A stretch of 64,000 nt of DNA, from IMG/VR virus record IMGVR_UViG_3300025913_000019; one strand, 5' to 3'. The translations under genes and the position numbers were made by a program. Below the pieces are notes generated by a model that was not told the origin of the DNA, ran no database searches, and saw only the letters and a list, made by a program, of their open reading frames with translations. This stretch comes from a virus. Its lineage: Duplodnaviria; Caudoviricetes. Every line of letters starts with the position of its first letter. Positions within the stretch are counted from its first letter, which is position 1. This document shows positions 35,074 through 44,889 of this stretch, one piece after another.

Positions 35074-35448
35074 TCACCACCTCATTCGGTAGACGCGTCC
35101 ACCGTATTCGTTGGTGGACACGAAGTGTCCGGTCTTGATGTACTGTCGAGGTCCGGAGCTCGTGTCCTCGGGTTCGGACTCCGGTTCAGGCTCCGGCCTC
35201 GGAGGCGGCTCCGGCGGATCACCCGGTTCGAGGAATCGCACGTCAGCATCCGTAGGGCTGGGCCGCTTATGCTGCCGTGCCACATCGAACTTGTTGTACG
35301 ACGGACGGTCGATGAAGCGCAGGCCAAGCGTGAAATGGACATGACCCTCGTCACACCGACGCTTGCGAGCCTCGAAGCGGGTCTCTTTCGTCTTCAGGGG
35401 CAGACCGCAGTCAGGACAGTCTTGTCTCAGGATCGGCTTCAGATACAT
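35074..35448 (-). CDS. zinc-ribbon protein with Pro/Glu linker
   Basis: CPDCG...RRCDEGH; start trimmed to ATG 35448 overlapping the primase stop. Confidence 0.55.
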   Translation of the reverse strand: MYLKPILRQDCPDCGLPLKTKETRFEARKRRCDEGHVHFTLGLRFIDRPSYNKFDVARQHKRPSPTDADVRFLEPGDPPEPPPRPEPEPESEPEDTSSGPRQYIKTGHFVSTNEYGGRVYRMRW

Positions 35449-36422
35449 AGCGCTCTCAGCTGCTTCACTTTCTTCATGGGCATGTTGCCCGGGTCCCACA
35501 GGTCGACGCCCGCGGCCTTTGCTGCCTTGGTAGGCTCTTCCTCGTCACGGTACGGCCAGTACGGGCTGTCCTTGCCACAGAGATCGAAGACCACGACCTT
35601 CACCATCGTCTCGAGCGTCGGCTGTGCCAGCTCCGTTGCCTTGATGCCCGCGTCATCTCCGTCAAATGCTAGGACGATGCGTTCAGCGCCGGTCATCTCG
35701 ATCAGTTGGCTCTTGCGTGTCGACCACGACTGCGTGCCCAGGATCGAGATGGCTGGGATGCCCAGCGTCTGCAAGCGCAGAGCATCGCGCGGGCCTTCGC
35801 ACAGCACGATGGTCTTGAGGCCGAGCTTATTCATCAATGCTACGGCCTGGTCGTAGAGGAATAGCCCGTAGTCATGCGACCAGCCACCACGCGAGTTCAG
35901 ATAGCTGGGCTTCCCGTTCTTGTCCTTGCGTGTCCGTGCACGGATGTAGCCCCTGAGCTCACCCTTGACCATGACCGGGAAGTAGAGCATCTTGGCGCTC
36001 CTGATCCCGTCGTCGTAGATCGCACGGCACATGCGTGCCTTCACAACTTCGAGCAGGAAGTCGGTCTTGATCTCTCGCCAGACCTTGCCTGCGGGCAGCG
36101 GATAGAAGACGAGCTTGACCTCGCCGGGGTCCTGCCTGCGTTCGCGCAGGGTGTGGGCATACTGCTCGCTGGGCGGTGCCCACTTGTAGGCCTTGAGGCC
36201 GAGCATCGGCGCTACTTCATCCCAAGGCGCAGTCTTGCCACAGCCATAGCACTTGAAGAAGCCGGGACTCTTGGTCGACTGCGAGTGGAAGATGCGTCCA
36301 CTCGGTGTGTTCTCGGAGTGGAACGGACACGAGACGAACGTGGTGTCACCAGACCCACGCTTCTTCGGACCAGAGTAGTGGCCGAGCTCTCGGATCACGT
36401 GCTCCAGTTTACGACTGTCCAT
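35439..36422 (-). CDS. DnaG-type primase (CHC2 zinc finger plus TOPRIM)
   Basis: CPFHSENTPS...FFKCYGCG, VLCEGPRDAL, LAFDGDDAG. Confidence 0.88.
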   Translation of the reverse strand: MDSRKLEHVIRELGHYSGPKKRGSGDTTFVSCPFHSENTPSGRIFHSQSTKSPGFFKCYGCGKTAPWDEVAPMLGLKAYKWAPPSEQYAHTLRERRQDPGEVKLVFYPLPAGKVWREIKTDFLLEVVKARMCRAIYDDGIRSAKMLYFPVMVKGELRGYIRARTRKDKNGKPSYLNSRGGWSHDYGLFLYDQAVALMNKLGLKTIVLCEGPRDALRLQTLGIPAISILGTQSWSTRKSQLIEMTGAERIVLAFDGDDAGIKATELAQPTLETMVKVVVFDLCGKDSPYWPYRDEEEPTKAAKAAGVDLWDPGNMPMKKVKQLRALCI

Positions 36423-36424
36423 CG

Positions 36425-37081
36425 TCAGAGTTCCATGGGTTGGCCGAACAGCCTGCGCTCCAGAGCATTGAAGGGCTGGAGCGCATTGAAGTCGGTGCGC
36501 TTGATCCACGTCCACCACTGCGCGCAGATGCGCTCTTGCGGTAGGAACAAGGTGTCGTACGCCAGGGTTGGAAAGCGGTAGAACAGATACCGCAGAGGGT
36601 CGGAGTCGGATACCAGCAGCTGCTGGATGTCCTTCAGGTCGGTTGACCACGCGAGGTAGGAGCCCTTGTGCTTCAGGTCGTGCAGACCGTAGAAGTGAAT
36701 GGGCGTCTCACCGGCAAGGAAGGCAAGGCTTCGATGCGTCGAGGTGGAGACATTATTTACAACACCGATGAAGTCGGGTTGCAATGCTCCGAGCACGTGA
36801 CGCAACTTCTCCCTGTAGTTCTGACCATCGGTCGAGTCGATGATGGACATCATGTCCCGGAAGTCGGGATGTCCACGGGCCGGCAGCCACTGAGCGCCGT
36901 GGTTGAAGAACAGCTGCACCTGCTTGTCCCGCGATGGGATCGACAGCGTGTGGGTCTCAAGGTCGGTGTCCATCTTCCACCGACCTCGTTTCGGACCCAC
37001 GCCCTCACCTTCATACTGCGTGAAGTGAGGGAACACGACCTCTTGCCCTCCACCGAGGGCCATGTAGCCTCTGAGCTTCAT
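36425..37081 (-). CDS. hypothetical protein
   Basis: 218 aa; ATGA-coupled within the replication block. Confidence 0.65.
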   Translation of the reverse strand: MKLRGYMALGGGQEVVFPHFTQYEGEGVGPKRGRWKMDTDLETHTLSIPSRDKQVQLFFNHGAQWLPARGHPDFRDMMSIIDSTDGQNYREKLRHVLGALQPDFIGVVNNVSTSTHRSLAFLAGETPIHFYGLHDLKHKGSYLAWSTDLKDIQQLLVSDSDPLRYLFYRFPTLAYDTLFLPQERICAQWWTWIKRTDFNALQPFNALERRLFGQPMEL

Positions 37082-37599
37082 GTCTTGCGCGCGCCAACGA
37101 GGGCGCGTCCTTTCTCTGTGAGTGCGAAGTCACCGCGGCAGTTGCAGGCACAGCCATCAATGAGACCGCGGGCAATGAGCGACCTCATCTTTGCGAGCAC
37201 GAGCTTGGGTGGCGTCTTGTCCCCTTGAGGAAAGGCTGGCGTCACCGAGTTCTCGAAGCCCGGCCACGGACAGCCTTGGCGTTGGACATGGAACAGACCG
37301 GCGACCTTCCAGTTGGGGAGATCGCGCAGGAGTTCGAGGATCGGCAGGTCGGGGATGTCCTTGCACTGCAAGCGCTTGGGGATCGACGATGCCTCACGGA
37401 CAACGATACCCTGGGCCTCACAACCTGGAGGCAGCTTCGTCGCTCCGTAGAGAGCACCCAGCTCGCTCGTCATCATGAGCGCGTGCTTGGAGACGGGGTC
37501 GGCGATGGGGACGACGGGCTGCGGCTTGAGAGGCCAGCGGATCGTCCACATGCCGTAGTAGTGCTTGTCGGTCCGACGCTTGATGGCTCGGAGCTTCAT
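37078..37599 (-). CDS. conserved phage hypothetical protein
   Basis: QCKDIPD..IL..KL.LAKMR.LI.RGLIDGCAC.CRGDF pattern; ATGA overlap with polymerase stop. Confidence 0.65.
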   Translation of the reverse strand: MKLRAIKRRTDKHYYGMWTIRWPLKPQPVVPIADPVSKHALMMTSELGALYGATKLPPGCEAQGIVVREASSIPKRLQCKDIPDLPILELLRDLPNWKVAGLFHVQRQGCPWPGFENSVTPAFPQGDKTPPKLVLAKMRSLIARGLIDGCACNCRGDFALTEKGRALVGARKT

Positions 37600-40500
37600 G
37601 CTGCTTCCTTCTCTTTCGGTTTGGCCTTCGCGCGCTTGCGGTAGTCCTTGTCGAAGACGGCCAGCGCTTCCTTGATCTCGGCTTCGAGGTCGACGCCCAG
37701 GTACGGGAAGCGCTTGTTCAAGAACGCGAGGCACTCGTCGCTCCGGTATGGCTGGAGGATCTGCTTCATGATCTCGTCCTTCGACTCGGTCAGGTAGCCA
37801 GCCTTCACGCCATCGTCGACCGCGGCCTCGATGTGGGCGAAGAGCTCAGGCAGAGCCCAGCCCCACTTACGGCTCTTCGTGTCCTGGACGCCGATTTCCA
37901 TTTCGATCTCGGGCTCGACCGTGAACTCGAGATCGAACTCGTCCTTGTAGGCCTTGGTCACGCCGTAGGTCGCATCGTACTGGAGGATGTGCATGAACGG
38001 CAGCACCATCGAGTACGGCACCGTGAAGTACGATGCGTCGTGGACGATGCGGTTGAACCTGACCGGGAACTTCGCCTTGGCGTCGAGACCGATCATGGCC
38101 TTGAGCTTCGGCTGCAACCGGTAGTAGTTCATCATGACCAGACGACTGCCCTTGACCGCGACCTCGGATGCGAAGCCTTGAATCGGCGCGTTCATACCAC
38201 GACGCACCTGGCGGCTCACGATCTGGCGATCCTTGGTGAGGGAGGCCCACAGGTGACGGATGCGATAGATCGGGCTGTAGACGTGCTGCTCGTTCTCCGC
38301 CTTGTCACTCATGCGCTGCAGCCACTTGTGACCCATCTTGAACGCCGAGAACATCTTGTCGATGATGTTCTGCGCGTAGTCCTCGCGGTCGTCCTCCATG
38401 AGCGCGCGGTACTGCTCTTCGAGATCAGCCAGCTCCTTCTTGTTGCCGGCCTTGTAGGCGACGCCCATCTTCTCCTTCAGCGCATCGAACTCGGCCTTCT
38501 TCGTGTCGTGCCCGAGGGTCGATGCCGACTTGCCGTAGATGGTACCGAAGACGACGGCCTTGATGGCGTCGCGCAGTGGGTCCGACTTCTCGACCCACTT
38601 GTTGAAGAACCGGTAGACGTTCTGGATGTGGACGTCGCCTTCCTTCTTCAAGCGCGTGGCGATGTCGTCGGTCTCGATCACGCGCTTCAGCAACGTGATG
38701 CGAGCCTTGTCCTTGCACTTCTTGAGCTCGGCCTCGTAGGTCTCGCGGATCTCCTTCGCCATCGGCAGCTTGATGGGCTCGCCCTTCGAGTTGACGAGGA
38801 TCATCGGCGGATGCTTCTTGATCCAGGCTTGGCGCAGACCCTGGCCGACCTTGAACGTCGCCGCCAGGATCTTGTCGAGCGCAACGATAGACCAGCCACG
38901 TACCTCGTGCGCCGAGTAGTCGAACCGGATCTGGAGATGACCATCGGCAGTGATGAACATTTCCTTGATGATCTTCGACAGCTTGCCGCGAGTCGGGATG
39001 TTCTGGAGATTGGGATTTCGGCTTGCGAGTCGACCCGTGTCGACATCGAAGAACACGATGTCGGAGCGGAGGTGATCGTCGAACAGGCCGTCGATCGCCT
39101 TCAGCAGCTTGAGCCATCCCTTGACGTTGGTGCCCAGCATCTTCGACGCCGCGGTGTACTCGCCGAACTTGGCAACCAGGAAGTTCCGATCCTTGTAGGT
39201 CTCGATGAACTCCTTGTCGACCGAGGGCTCCCCCTTCTCGGTCTTGTTGATGGCCTCCATGCCCATGACATCGAAGAACAGCTTGGCCTTGTGCTTCGGC
39301 TTCGTGAACGAGAATGTCCAGGCAGCGTTGCCGGAACCGAACAGGCCGCCGGTCTTGAAGCCGGCCTCGGCCAGCAGTTGCTTGTTCGCTTCCTTGACTT
39401 CGGGGAAGGTCTTGAACTCGTCGCCCAGTTCTGCGATGGCCTTGACCAGCACCGAGTCGGGATGCAGGAGCGAGCGCAGGTACTTGCGGTTGACGAGCGA
39501 GCCAGCTTCCTTCAGGTGGGACAGCTGGTGGATCGTGTCGCTCATCTGACACAGCATGTGGCGGATGAAGAGCGGCCGATAGTTCTTGCCGTCGACGGTC
39601 TGGAAGCCCGCGCGCTCGATCTGCGAACGCTTGATGCCGAGCATCGAGACCGTGTCCATTGCGGCGTACCGCAGGAAGTCCTTGTCCTTCGGACTCACGT
39701 TCGCGACCGTGGCTCGATCTTCCTTCGTGAACCCGGACTCGAGCAGATAGAAGTCGTTGCCGTAGGAGGCGAAGACACCGGCCAGGCCGTTGGCGCTCAT
39801 GCGCTTCTTGCCCACGCCGTCGCCGTAGACGCCCACGTACTTGAGACTCGAGCAGTTCTCGTCGAGGTTGTGCTCGCCTGCCATGCACTCCCAAATGGGC
39901 ATGCCGATGATGTCGAGGTGCAGCGCCTTGCGAATGACGCGCAGGTCGAAGGCACCGTTGAAGCAGATCATGAGGCACTTGCGCTTCATGTCGCCGAACC
40001 TGTGCTTGAGCTCGCGCTTGATGTACTTCCGTTCGTCGATCGAGAACGGGTTGTCCGCGTGCGGGTGGTCGATGGGCAGGACGTAACCCTTATTGGGGCT
40101 GTGGTCGAACGTCATCTGCATCGTGAAGATGCGGTTCTTGTTCACCGTCAGGTTCTTGGTCTCGGTGTCGAGCCCGAACTCGCCGCCACGATCAGCCACC
40201 GCATCCCACTCGACCATCATCTGGTCGAACTTCTTGATCGTGTCGACCAGGACCGGCTTGACTTCGAGGCCCGCCAGGCTATGCGGCAACGTGCCGACGA
40301 GCAGGTTGGCGAGGTGCTGGCACCAGAAGCCCAGCAGGTTGGCGTAGAGCCCGACCTTCTCCAGCAGCCGGCTGAAGTCGACGGTCGACACGACCTTGCG
40401 TCCGTCGATCTCGTGCACCCAGCCGTTCTTCAGCTGAGCATGCTTGATGCTCGGGTACAGCTTCTGCACGTCCCCGCTGAAGAGGATGTGCGTCGGGTTG

Positions 40501-40859
40501 AGCTTCTTGATGATGGTCTGGAGCCTGGCCTTGAACTCCGACTCGGCTTCGGCCTTCGCCTGGTCCTTGAGGTGGAGGTGCCGACGTGCGTTGTAGTTGA
40601 CGACGGCCCACCCGAAGTCGGGTAGATTCGAGTTGCGAAGGCGAGCCATTTTGCGTGCCATCTTCACCGATTCGACGAAGGCGGTACGTGTCTGCTTCGA
40701 CGCCAGCAGTCCCTCTTCCTTGAGGTCGCGGCTGTCGACCGTCTGCAGCACGACCAGAACGCGACGCTTCTGGTTGCTGTAGTTGGGGTCGATGGGGAGG
40801 GTCAGGTTCCAGTCGTGCGGGTTGGTACCTGACTTGTAGGTGATCGTCTTCTCAAGCAT
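37596..40859 (-). CDS. polA: family A DNA polymerase with N-terminal UDG-like domain and 3'-5' exonuclease
   Basis: Exo FGLDTET, FNGAFDL, YAAMD; pol TGRLASRNPNLQNIP, motif A DYSAHEVR, motif B KAVVFGTIYG, NAPIQG, motif C VHDAS. Confidence 0.93.
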   Translation of the reverse strand: MLEKTITYKSGTNPHDWNLTLPIDPNYSNQKRRVLVVLQTVDSRDLKEEGLLASKQTRTAFVESVKMARKMARLRNSNLPDFGWAVVNYNARRHLHLKDQAKAEAESEFKARLQTIIKKLNPTHILFSGDVQKLYPSIKHAQLKNGWVHEIDGRKVVSTVDFSRLLEKVGLYANLLGFWCQHLANLLVGTLPHSLAGLEVKPVLVDTIKKFDQMMVEWDAVADRGGEFGLDTETKNLTVNKNRIFTMQMTFDHSPNKGYVLPIDHPHADNPFSIDERKYIKRELKHRFGDMKRKCLMICFNGAFDLRVIRKALHLDIIGMPIWECMAGEHNLDENCSSLKYVGVYGDGVGKKRMSANGLAGVFASYGNDFYLLESGFTKEDRATVANVSPKDKDFLRYAAMDTVSMLGIKRSQIERAGFQTVDGKNYRPLFIRHMLCQMSDTIHQLSHLKEAGSLVNRKYLRSLLHPDSVLVKAIAELGDEFKTFPEVKEANKQLLAEAGFKTGGLFGSGNAAWTFSFTKPKHKAKLFFDVMGMEAINKTEKGEPSVDKEFIETYKDRNFLVAKFGEYTAASKMLGTNVKGWLKLLKAIDGLFDDHLRSDIVFFDVDTGRLASRNPNLQNIPTRGKLSKIIKEMFITADGHLQIRFDYSAHEVRGWSIVALDKILAATFKVGQGLRQAWIKKHPPMILVNSKGEPIKLPMAKEIRETYEAELKKCKDKARITLLKRVIETDDIATRLKKEGDVHIQNVYRFFNKWVEKSDPLRDAIKAVVFGTIYGKSASTLGHDTKKAEFDALKEKMGVAYKAGNKKELADLEEQYRALMEDDREDYAQNIIDKMFSAFKMGHKWLQRMSDKAENEQHVYSPIYRIRHLWASLTKDRQIVSRQVRRGMNAPIQGFASEVAVKGSRLVMMNYYRLQPKLKAMIGLDAKAKFPVRFNRIVHDASYFTVPYSMVLPFMHILQYDATYGVTKAYKDEFDLEFTVEPEIEMEIGVQDTKSRKWGWALPELFAHIEAAVDDGVKAGYLTESKDEIMKQILQPYRSDECLAFLNKRFPYLGVDLEAEIKEALAVFDKDYRKRAKAKPKEKEAA

Positions 40860-40883
40860 CGGTGATCCTTTGTGTCCCTCTAT

Positions 40884-41099
40884 TTACAGCACCGACCGAA
40901 GTTTAATCATGAAGCGACCCACCTGATCTTCCGTCGGATGGCCCTTGAGTCCGACGTGAGCGCAGAACTCCTGGACCGTCATCTCGTTCGTGGTCGACAT
41001 GCATTCGCCGGTCTGACGATGTTGCCAGTAGCACTTCCCGGCTTCAAGCGGACACTTCGAGACCACGAGCTCTTTGTTCACAGCGACGCAGTGAGTCAT
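40884..41099 (-). CDS. small Cys-rich hypothetical protein
   Basis: 71 aa; ATGA overlap. Confidence 0.55.
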   Translation of the reverse strand: MTHCVAVNKELVVSKCPLEAGKCYWQHRQTGECMSTTNEMTVQEFCAHVGLKGHPTEDQVGRFMIKLRSVL

Positions 41100-41374
41100 G
41101 CTCCCTGTCCCTTCTTCGACATCAGTGACGCAACCTCGGCCCTGAGTTCCTCGGTGCGGAGCTCGAAGTTCGCAAGCTGCACGCGCTTCTCGGCCAGCGT
41201 AGCTTCGTCGGCAGCCATGCGAGTCGGGTGCAGGTTGATCCTTGACGCGTAGCGCGCGCCGGTGCCGTCCGGCTTCGAAACCAGGACGTTGATGCCGACG
41301 TTGATGACCTTGACTTCGGTTGCGGGCCATGCGCCCGACTCGTAATAGGTGAAACCGGCTTTGAGGTCAGCCAT
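41096..41374 (-). CDS. hypothetical protein with C-terminal coiled coil
   Basis: 92 aa from MADLK; AAGGAG RBS. Confidence 0.6.
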   Translation of the reverse strand: MADLKAGFTYYESGAWPATEVKVINVGINVLVSKPDGTGARYASRINLHPTRMAADEATLAEKRVQLANFELRTEELRAEVASLMSKKGQGA

Positions 41375-41771
41375 GGCGCTGCTCCTTCGCGAACTTGATG
41401 ATGTCGGGATGCTTGACCATCTCATCGTGGAGGCTGGTTGGCATCAGTGTGGTGATGAGTGGGCCGCCCGGACCCGACGGAGCCTTGATCTCGGTCATGC
41501 CATCGTCGTAATGGGTGACCGAGCCTCGCTCTTGGTCGAGGTCACGTGGCTGACCCAGGTACTTGATGGCCACGAGTTCATTGGGCTGCCGGTAGAACAT
41601 GTTGCCGTCACCGCGCGCCAGGTTCGGGCTCGTGTTGAAGTGGAGCAGTGCCGAGTGCGGGTAGTCGAAGGCGAAGCCGGCCATGATGTAGGAGCAGGCA
41701 GCATCGTGATCGGCTTGCGCGCGCTTCAGGGCCTCCACCACTTGGTTCTCGTGGCGTTGCTTGCGGCTCAT
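41367..41771 (-). CDS. hypothetical protein
   Basis: 134 aa; ATGA overlap. Confidence 0.65.
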   Translation of the reverse strand: MSRKQRHENQVVEALKRAQADHDAACSYIMAGFAFDYPHSALLHFNTSPNLARGDGNMFYRQPNELVAIKYLGQPRDLDQERGSVTHYDDGMTEIKAPSGPGGPLITTLMPTSLHDEMVKHPDIIKFAKEQRHG

Positions 41772-42286
41772 TGCTTCAGCTCCTTGGCGATGTCATCCAG
41801 CAGTTGACGTGCGAGTTCAGCGTCGCCGACCGACGGACACGTGATGGTCGCGTGCTTCAGGAGATGGATCACCGATGCCATCTTGGAGACGATACCGGGG
41901 TTGAGCTCGAGCTTGACCGGCGAGTCGATCCAGCCGACGCCGTTGACGAAGACCTGCCCGCTCTTGCCCAGCTGCGATCCCATCGTGATGACGTCACCGC
42001 TGGCCACGGCAGTGCTCGGGTCGACGCCACCGATCACGGTTCTGACCTTGCCCGTGATCTGGCCCTTCTCGTCCATATTGATCTCGGAGATCGCGAGCTC
42101 CCTCGGTTTCATGTCGTCCTCGGTCAGGTACCGGAGGATCTTCGGCTGGCAGCACGCCATGATGTGCATGACACCGGGGATGCGATGGCAGTCGCACCTG
42201 CAGTCTTCGCCGAACGAGTCGACACCTTGCGTCGGCAGCGACTGTCCGGTACGGAACGGGTCTTGACCCGGATCACAGAATGTCAT
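41768..42286 (-). CDS. hypothetical protein
   Basis: 172 aa; GGAG RBS. Confidence 0.65.
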   Translation of the reverse strand: MTFCDPGQDPFRTGQSLPTQGVDSFGEDCRCDCHRIPGVMHIMACCQPKILRYLTEDDMKPRELAISEINMDEKGQITGKVRTVIGGVDPSTAVASGDVITMGSQLGKSGQVFVNGVGWIDSPVKLELNPGIVSKMASVIHLLKHATITCPSVGDAELARQLLDDIAKELKQ

Positions 42287-42295
42287 GATCGTCTC

Positions 42296-42745
42296 CTAGA
42301 AGTTGGGCTTGGTCAACGGCTCGCCGATACGCGCGTAGAGATTGCTGATCTCAGGATTCGAGCAGCGTTGCCTGGACAAGCGACGGTACAGCTGCTGCCA
42401 GAACTCGGCGCGATCGTGATGGTAGCGCAGCGGGATCGTGAACATGCGCGCGTAGAACCGCATGCCATGCTGGGCCTTGACGCGCATGAGCTCGTACTGA
42501 CCGATGCGTTCCACGCTCATGGTCTTCGTGTACTCGCCGGTGGCCTTGATGTGATGATTCGGCATCCGGTACACGATGCAGCCGGGCCTGACGTGGAAGC
42601 CGATCATGGGGCCTGTCGACACTTCGTACCCCGTCCGGTACTCGATCAGTTGGCCGGTCTGGAAGTCGTGGACAAGGCTTATGAGCACGCCCTTGTCGCC
42701 GGCTTGCAGGTCTCGATGATCGTAGCTGATTGCCTTGCGTTTCAT
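42296..42745 (-). CDS. hypothetical protein
   Basis: 149 aa; ATGA overlap with the nuclease gene. Confidence 0.65.
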   Translation of the reverse strand: MKRKAISYDHRDLQAGDKGVLISLVHDFQTGQLIEYRTGYEVSTGPMIGFHVRPGCIVYRMPNHHIKATGEYTKTMSVERIGQYELMRVKAQHGMRFYARMFTIPLRYHHDRAEFWQQLYRRLSRQRCSNPEISNLYARIGEPLTKPNF

Positions 42746-43764
42746 TGTCCTACTCCTGACAGGAGACGCTTGCGAAGTGCGAGCGTGCGTTGCTTCAGTT
42801 CGTCAGGCCGTGTCTGGTTCTCCAGCCATGCCTCGAAGAACTCGTCCGAGCTGACCTCGACGCTGCGGCCGCCACTGACCTCGCTGAAGTACTCGGCGAC
42901 ACGGGCCTGCATGGCTTCGACATCGGTCTTGGCGGCCATGACCTTGACGACGTTGAGGTGCGCCCAGTCCTGCGCCTGCATCTTCGACGAGCGCACGATG
43001 AGCTTGACCAGGTGCTCCTTGCCCGTCGGCACGTTCTTGAGATCAGCCTTCGACTCGCACTCGATCGTGTGGAGGGTGTACGTGGGCTTGACCGGGATGA
43101 GCTCGACATCGAACCCATCGTCGTCCTTCACGACGGCGAAGAACTTGGATGCGTCCTCCCCGAAGTTCGTCTGATACAGGGTGCCGGGGTACACCGAGTT
43201 GCGCACGCGCTGGCTCGTGTGGATGTGACCGATCAAAGCGTGCGCCTTGCTGGTGTTGAGGCCCTCCTTGTCGTTGAGCCTGCCGCTGTCGGTCTTCGAT
43301 CCTGCTACATCGATGTGCGCCAGGTTGAACCGCGACTTCGAGAACCTGGAGTGAGGCCACGGCAGGACTCGACACGGAATGCCGCCGATGTCACAGTCGG
43401 TGACCTCCGTGATGACCGTCACGTTGTCGAAGCCCCACAGCTTCAGGACTTCGAGGCTGTGCCCGATGGCCGGATCTTCGGAGAACAGGTCGTGGTTGCC
43501 CAGGTAGAACCAGCAGTGGATGCCGTGCTTCTTCGCCTTGCGGATGATGTACGCCATCGCAAGCTGGGCGCTGTAAGAGAGGCGGGTCGACTCGCAGAGG
43601 TCGCCCAGGAACACGAGGTCACTGATCCCGTGCTTGACCGCGTACCGCATGGGCTGGGATTCGACCAATCGAGCGACCATCATGTCGTGGTCTTCGATGT
43701 AGTTCGAGAGCCCGCCCTTGCCGGTGCTGTCGGTCAGGTGGAGGTCACCGATGCCGACGAACAT
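42742..43764 (-). CDS. SbcD/Mre11 (T4 gp47-like) metallophosphoesterase recombination nuclease
   Basis: GDLHL, FLGDL, LGNHD, GHIH, YPGTLYQTNFGED. Confidence 0.88.
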   Translation of the reverse strand: MFVGIGDLHLTDSTGKGGLSNYIEDHDMMVARLVESQPMRYAVKHGISDLVFLGDLCESTRLSYSAQLAMAYIIRKAKKHGIHCWFYLGNHDLFSEDPAIGHSLEVLKLWGFDNVTVITEVTDCDIGGIPCRVLPWPHSRFSKSRFNLAHIDVAGSKTDSGRLNDKEGLNTSKAHALIGHIHTSQRVRNSVYPGTLYQTNFGEDASKFFAVVKDDDGFDVELIPVKPTYTLHTIECESKADLKNVPTGKEHLVKLIVRSSKMQAQDWAHLNVVKVMAAKTDVEAMQARVAEYFSEVSGGRSVEVSSDEFFEAWLENQTRPDELKQRTLALRKRLLSGVGQ

Positions 43765-43766
43765 GG

Positions 43767-44498
43767 TCAGTGCGTCCCGGCCGCGTACTCTTGCATGATG
43801 CGACCGAGCGTCTCCGCGTCAGCCGGGTCACCGTAGCAGTCGGAGCCCAGGACTTCCATCTTGGTCACCAGCAGCAGCGGACCTTGCTTCTGGCCGCCGA
43901 TCTGGCGATTGCCGCTGATGTCCTCCGGGCTGTAGAACAGGCCGTAGAACGTGTGCGTGAAGATGTAGTGCTTCTCGGGCACAGCGTCCTTGACCTCGGG
44001 GTCCGTGATCTCGACGTAGTAGCTGATCTTCACCGAGGTGCTGGGCCGCGGGTTCTGGCCGAAGATCCACTTGTTGATCTCGCGGAAGGAGGCGCCGGTG
44101 ATCTGGTGGGTCAGCACGAGCTCGCGGTAGTCGTCGACGAGCTCGCCCCGGTCTTCGTCATCGTCCGAATCATCGTCATCACCATCATCGTCTTCGTCGT
44201 CGTCGGCCAGCTCCTCGCTGCTGAGCACCGGACGAGTGACGCGACCGTGCGCGTCGGTCTCGGGACCCTGGTCGTCGGACGGGTCATCGAAGTGCAGGTC
44301 GGAGTCGTCGGCCTCGGGTCCGAGATCGGGCGGAGGTGGCGCCGCCTCGAAGCTCCAGCTGACGATGGTCGACCCGAACTCCGACAGCTTCTTGACCGAC
44401 TTGCCATCGTCGTCGAGCACGTTGATCTCGATGTCGAAGTGGCCGCTGTCGACCGGGAGGTTGGATGCCTTCATTGCGCTCTTCAGTTCGTTGCTCAT
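43767..44498 (-). CDS. highly acidic hypothetical protein
   Basis: 243 aa with a long Asp/Glu tract; first gene of the leftward unit. Confidence 0.7.
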   Translation of the reverse strand: MSNELKSAMKASNLPVDSGHFDIEINVLDDDGKSVKKLSEFGSTIVSWSFEAAPPPPDLGPEADDSDLHFDDPSDDQGPETDAHGRVTRPVLSSEELADDDEDDDGDDDDSDDDEDRGELVDDYRELVLTHQITGASFREINKWIFGQNPRPSTSVKISYYVEITDPEVKDAVPEKHYIFTHTFYGLFYSPEDISGNRQIGGQKQGPLLLVTKMEVLGSDCYGDPADAETLGRIMQEYAAGTH

Positions 44499-44535
44499 GT
44501 GAGACTCATGTGTGGGTTGGGGACAGACACCACTT

Positions 44536-44868
44536 CTTTACAGTCTCGTCAACGTGTGCAGACTGGGCTCCTGTGAGGACTCACTTGTTGCACACGACCC
44601 AAAAGTGAGCTGCCAAAGCAGCGGCCACATAGAGACCGGAACCAACTTCTTTCCGTAGCACCTGGAGGACCGTCAAGGGGATGGATGCAGCATTCTTGTG
44701 TCGGCTTCGCCTCCACAAGGAGGTCGCCCTGCGGGCACGAATTGCTGCATGTAACCCCTGAATTTCGGAACGAAAGTATATGGTTGCTCCATCTTTTAAG
44801 ATACAGAGGTTCCCATATACTTTCACAGTCCGTTCCTAGCAGCTGCCCGAAGGGCAAAGACTGTAAAG
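44536..44868. promoter_or_regulatory. divergent control region with inverted AGACTGTAAAG motifs and a central long dyad
   Basis: AGACTGTAAAG on minus (44536-44546) and plus (44858-44868); GAAAGTATATGG/CCATATACTTTC arms at 44772-44783 and 44813-44824. Confidence 0.6.
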
Positions 44869-44889
44869 GAAGGGGACAGGAGAACAACG

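Noticed and set aside
37596-40859. Inteins or introns in polA (also considered for nrdA and the SNF2 gene)
   Set aside because: The insertions are short and lack C/S-start and HN-C/S/T-end splice motifs or LAGLIDADG blocks, and the reading frames are continuous.
43767-44498. Tail-tube (gp19-like) assignment for the acidic protein
   Set aside because: Only a vague beta-strand pattern, and the context is a replication/recombination block.
44581-44826. 81-aa minus-strand ORF in the divergent gap
   Set aside because: It has an AGGA then GTG start, but atypical codon usage, and it overlaps the dyad elements. Not supportable without expression data.
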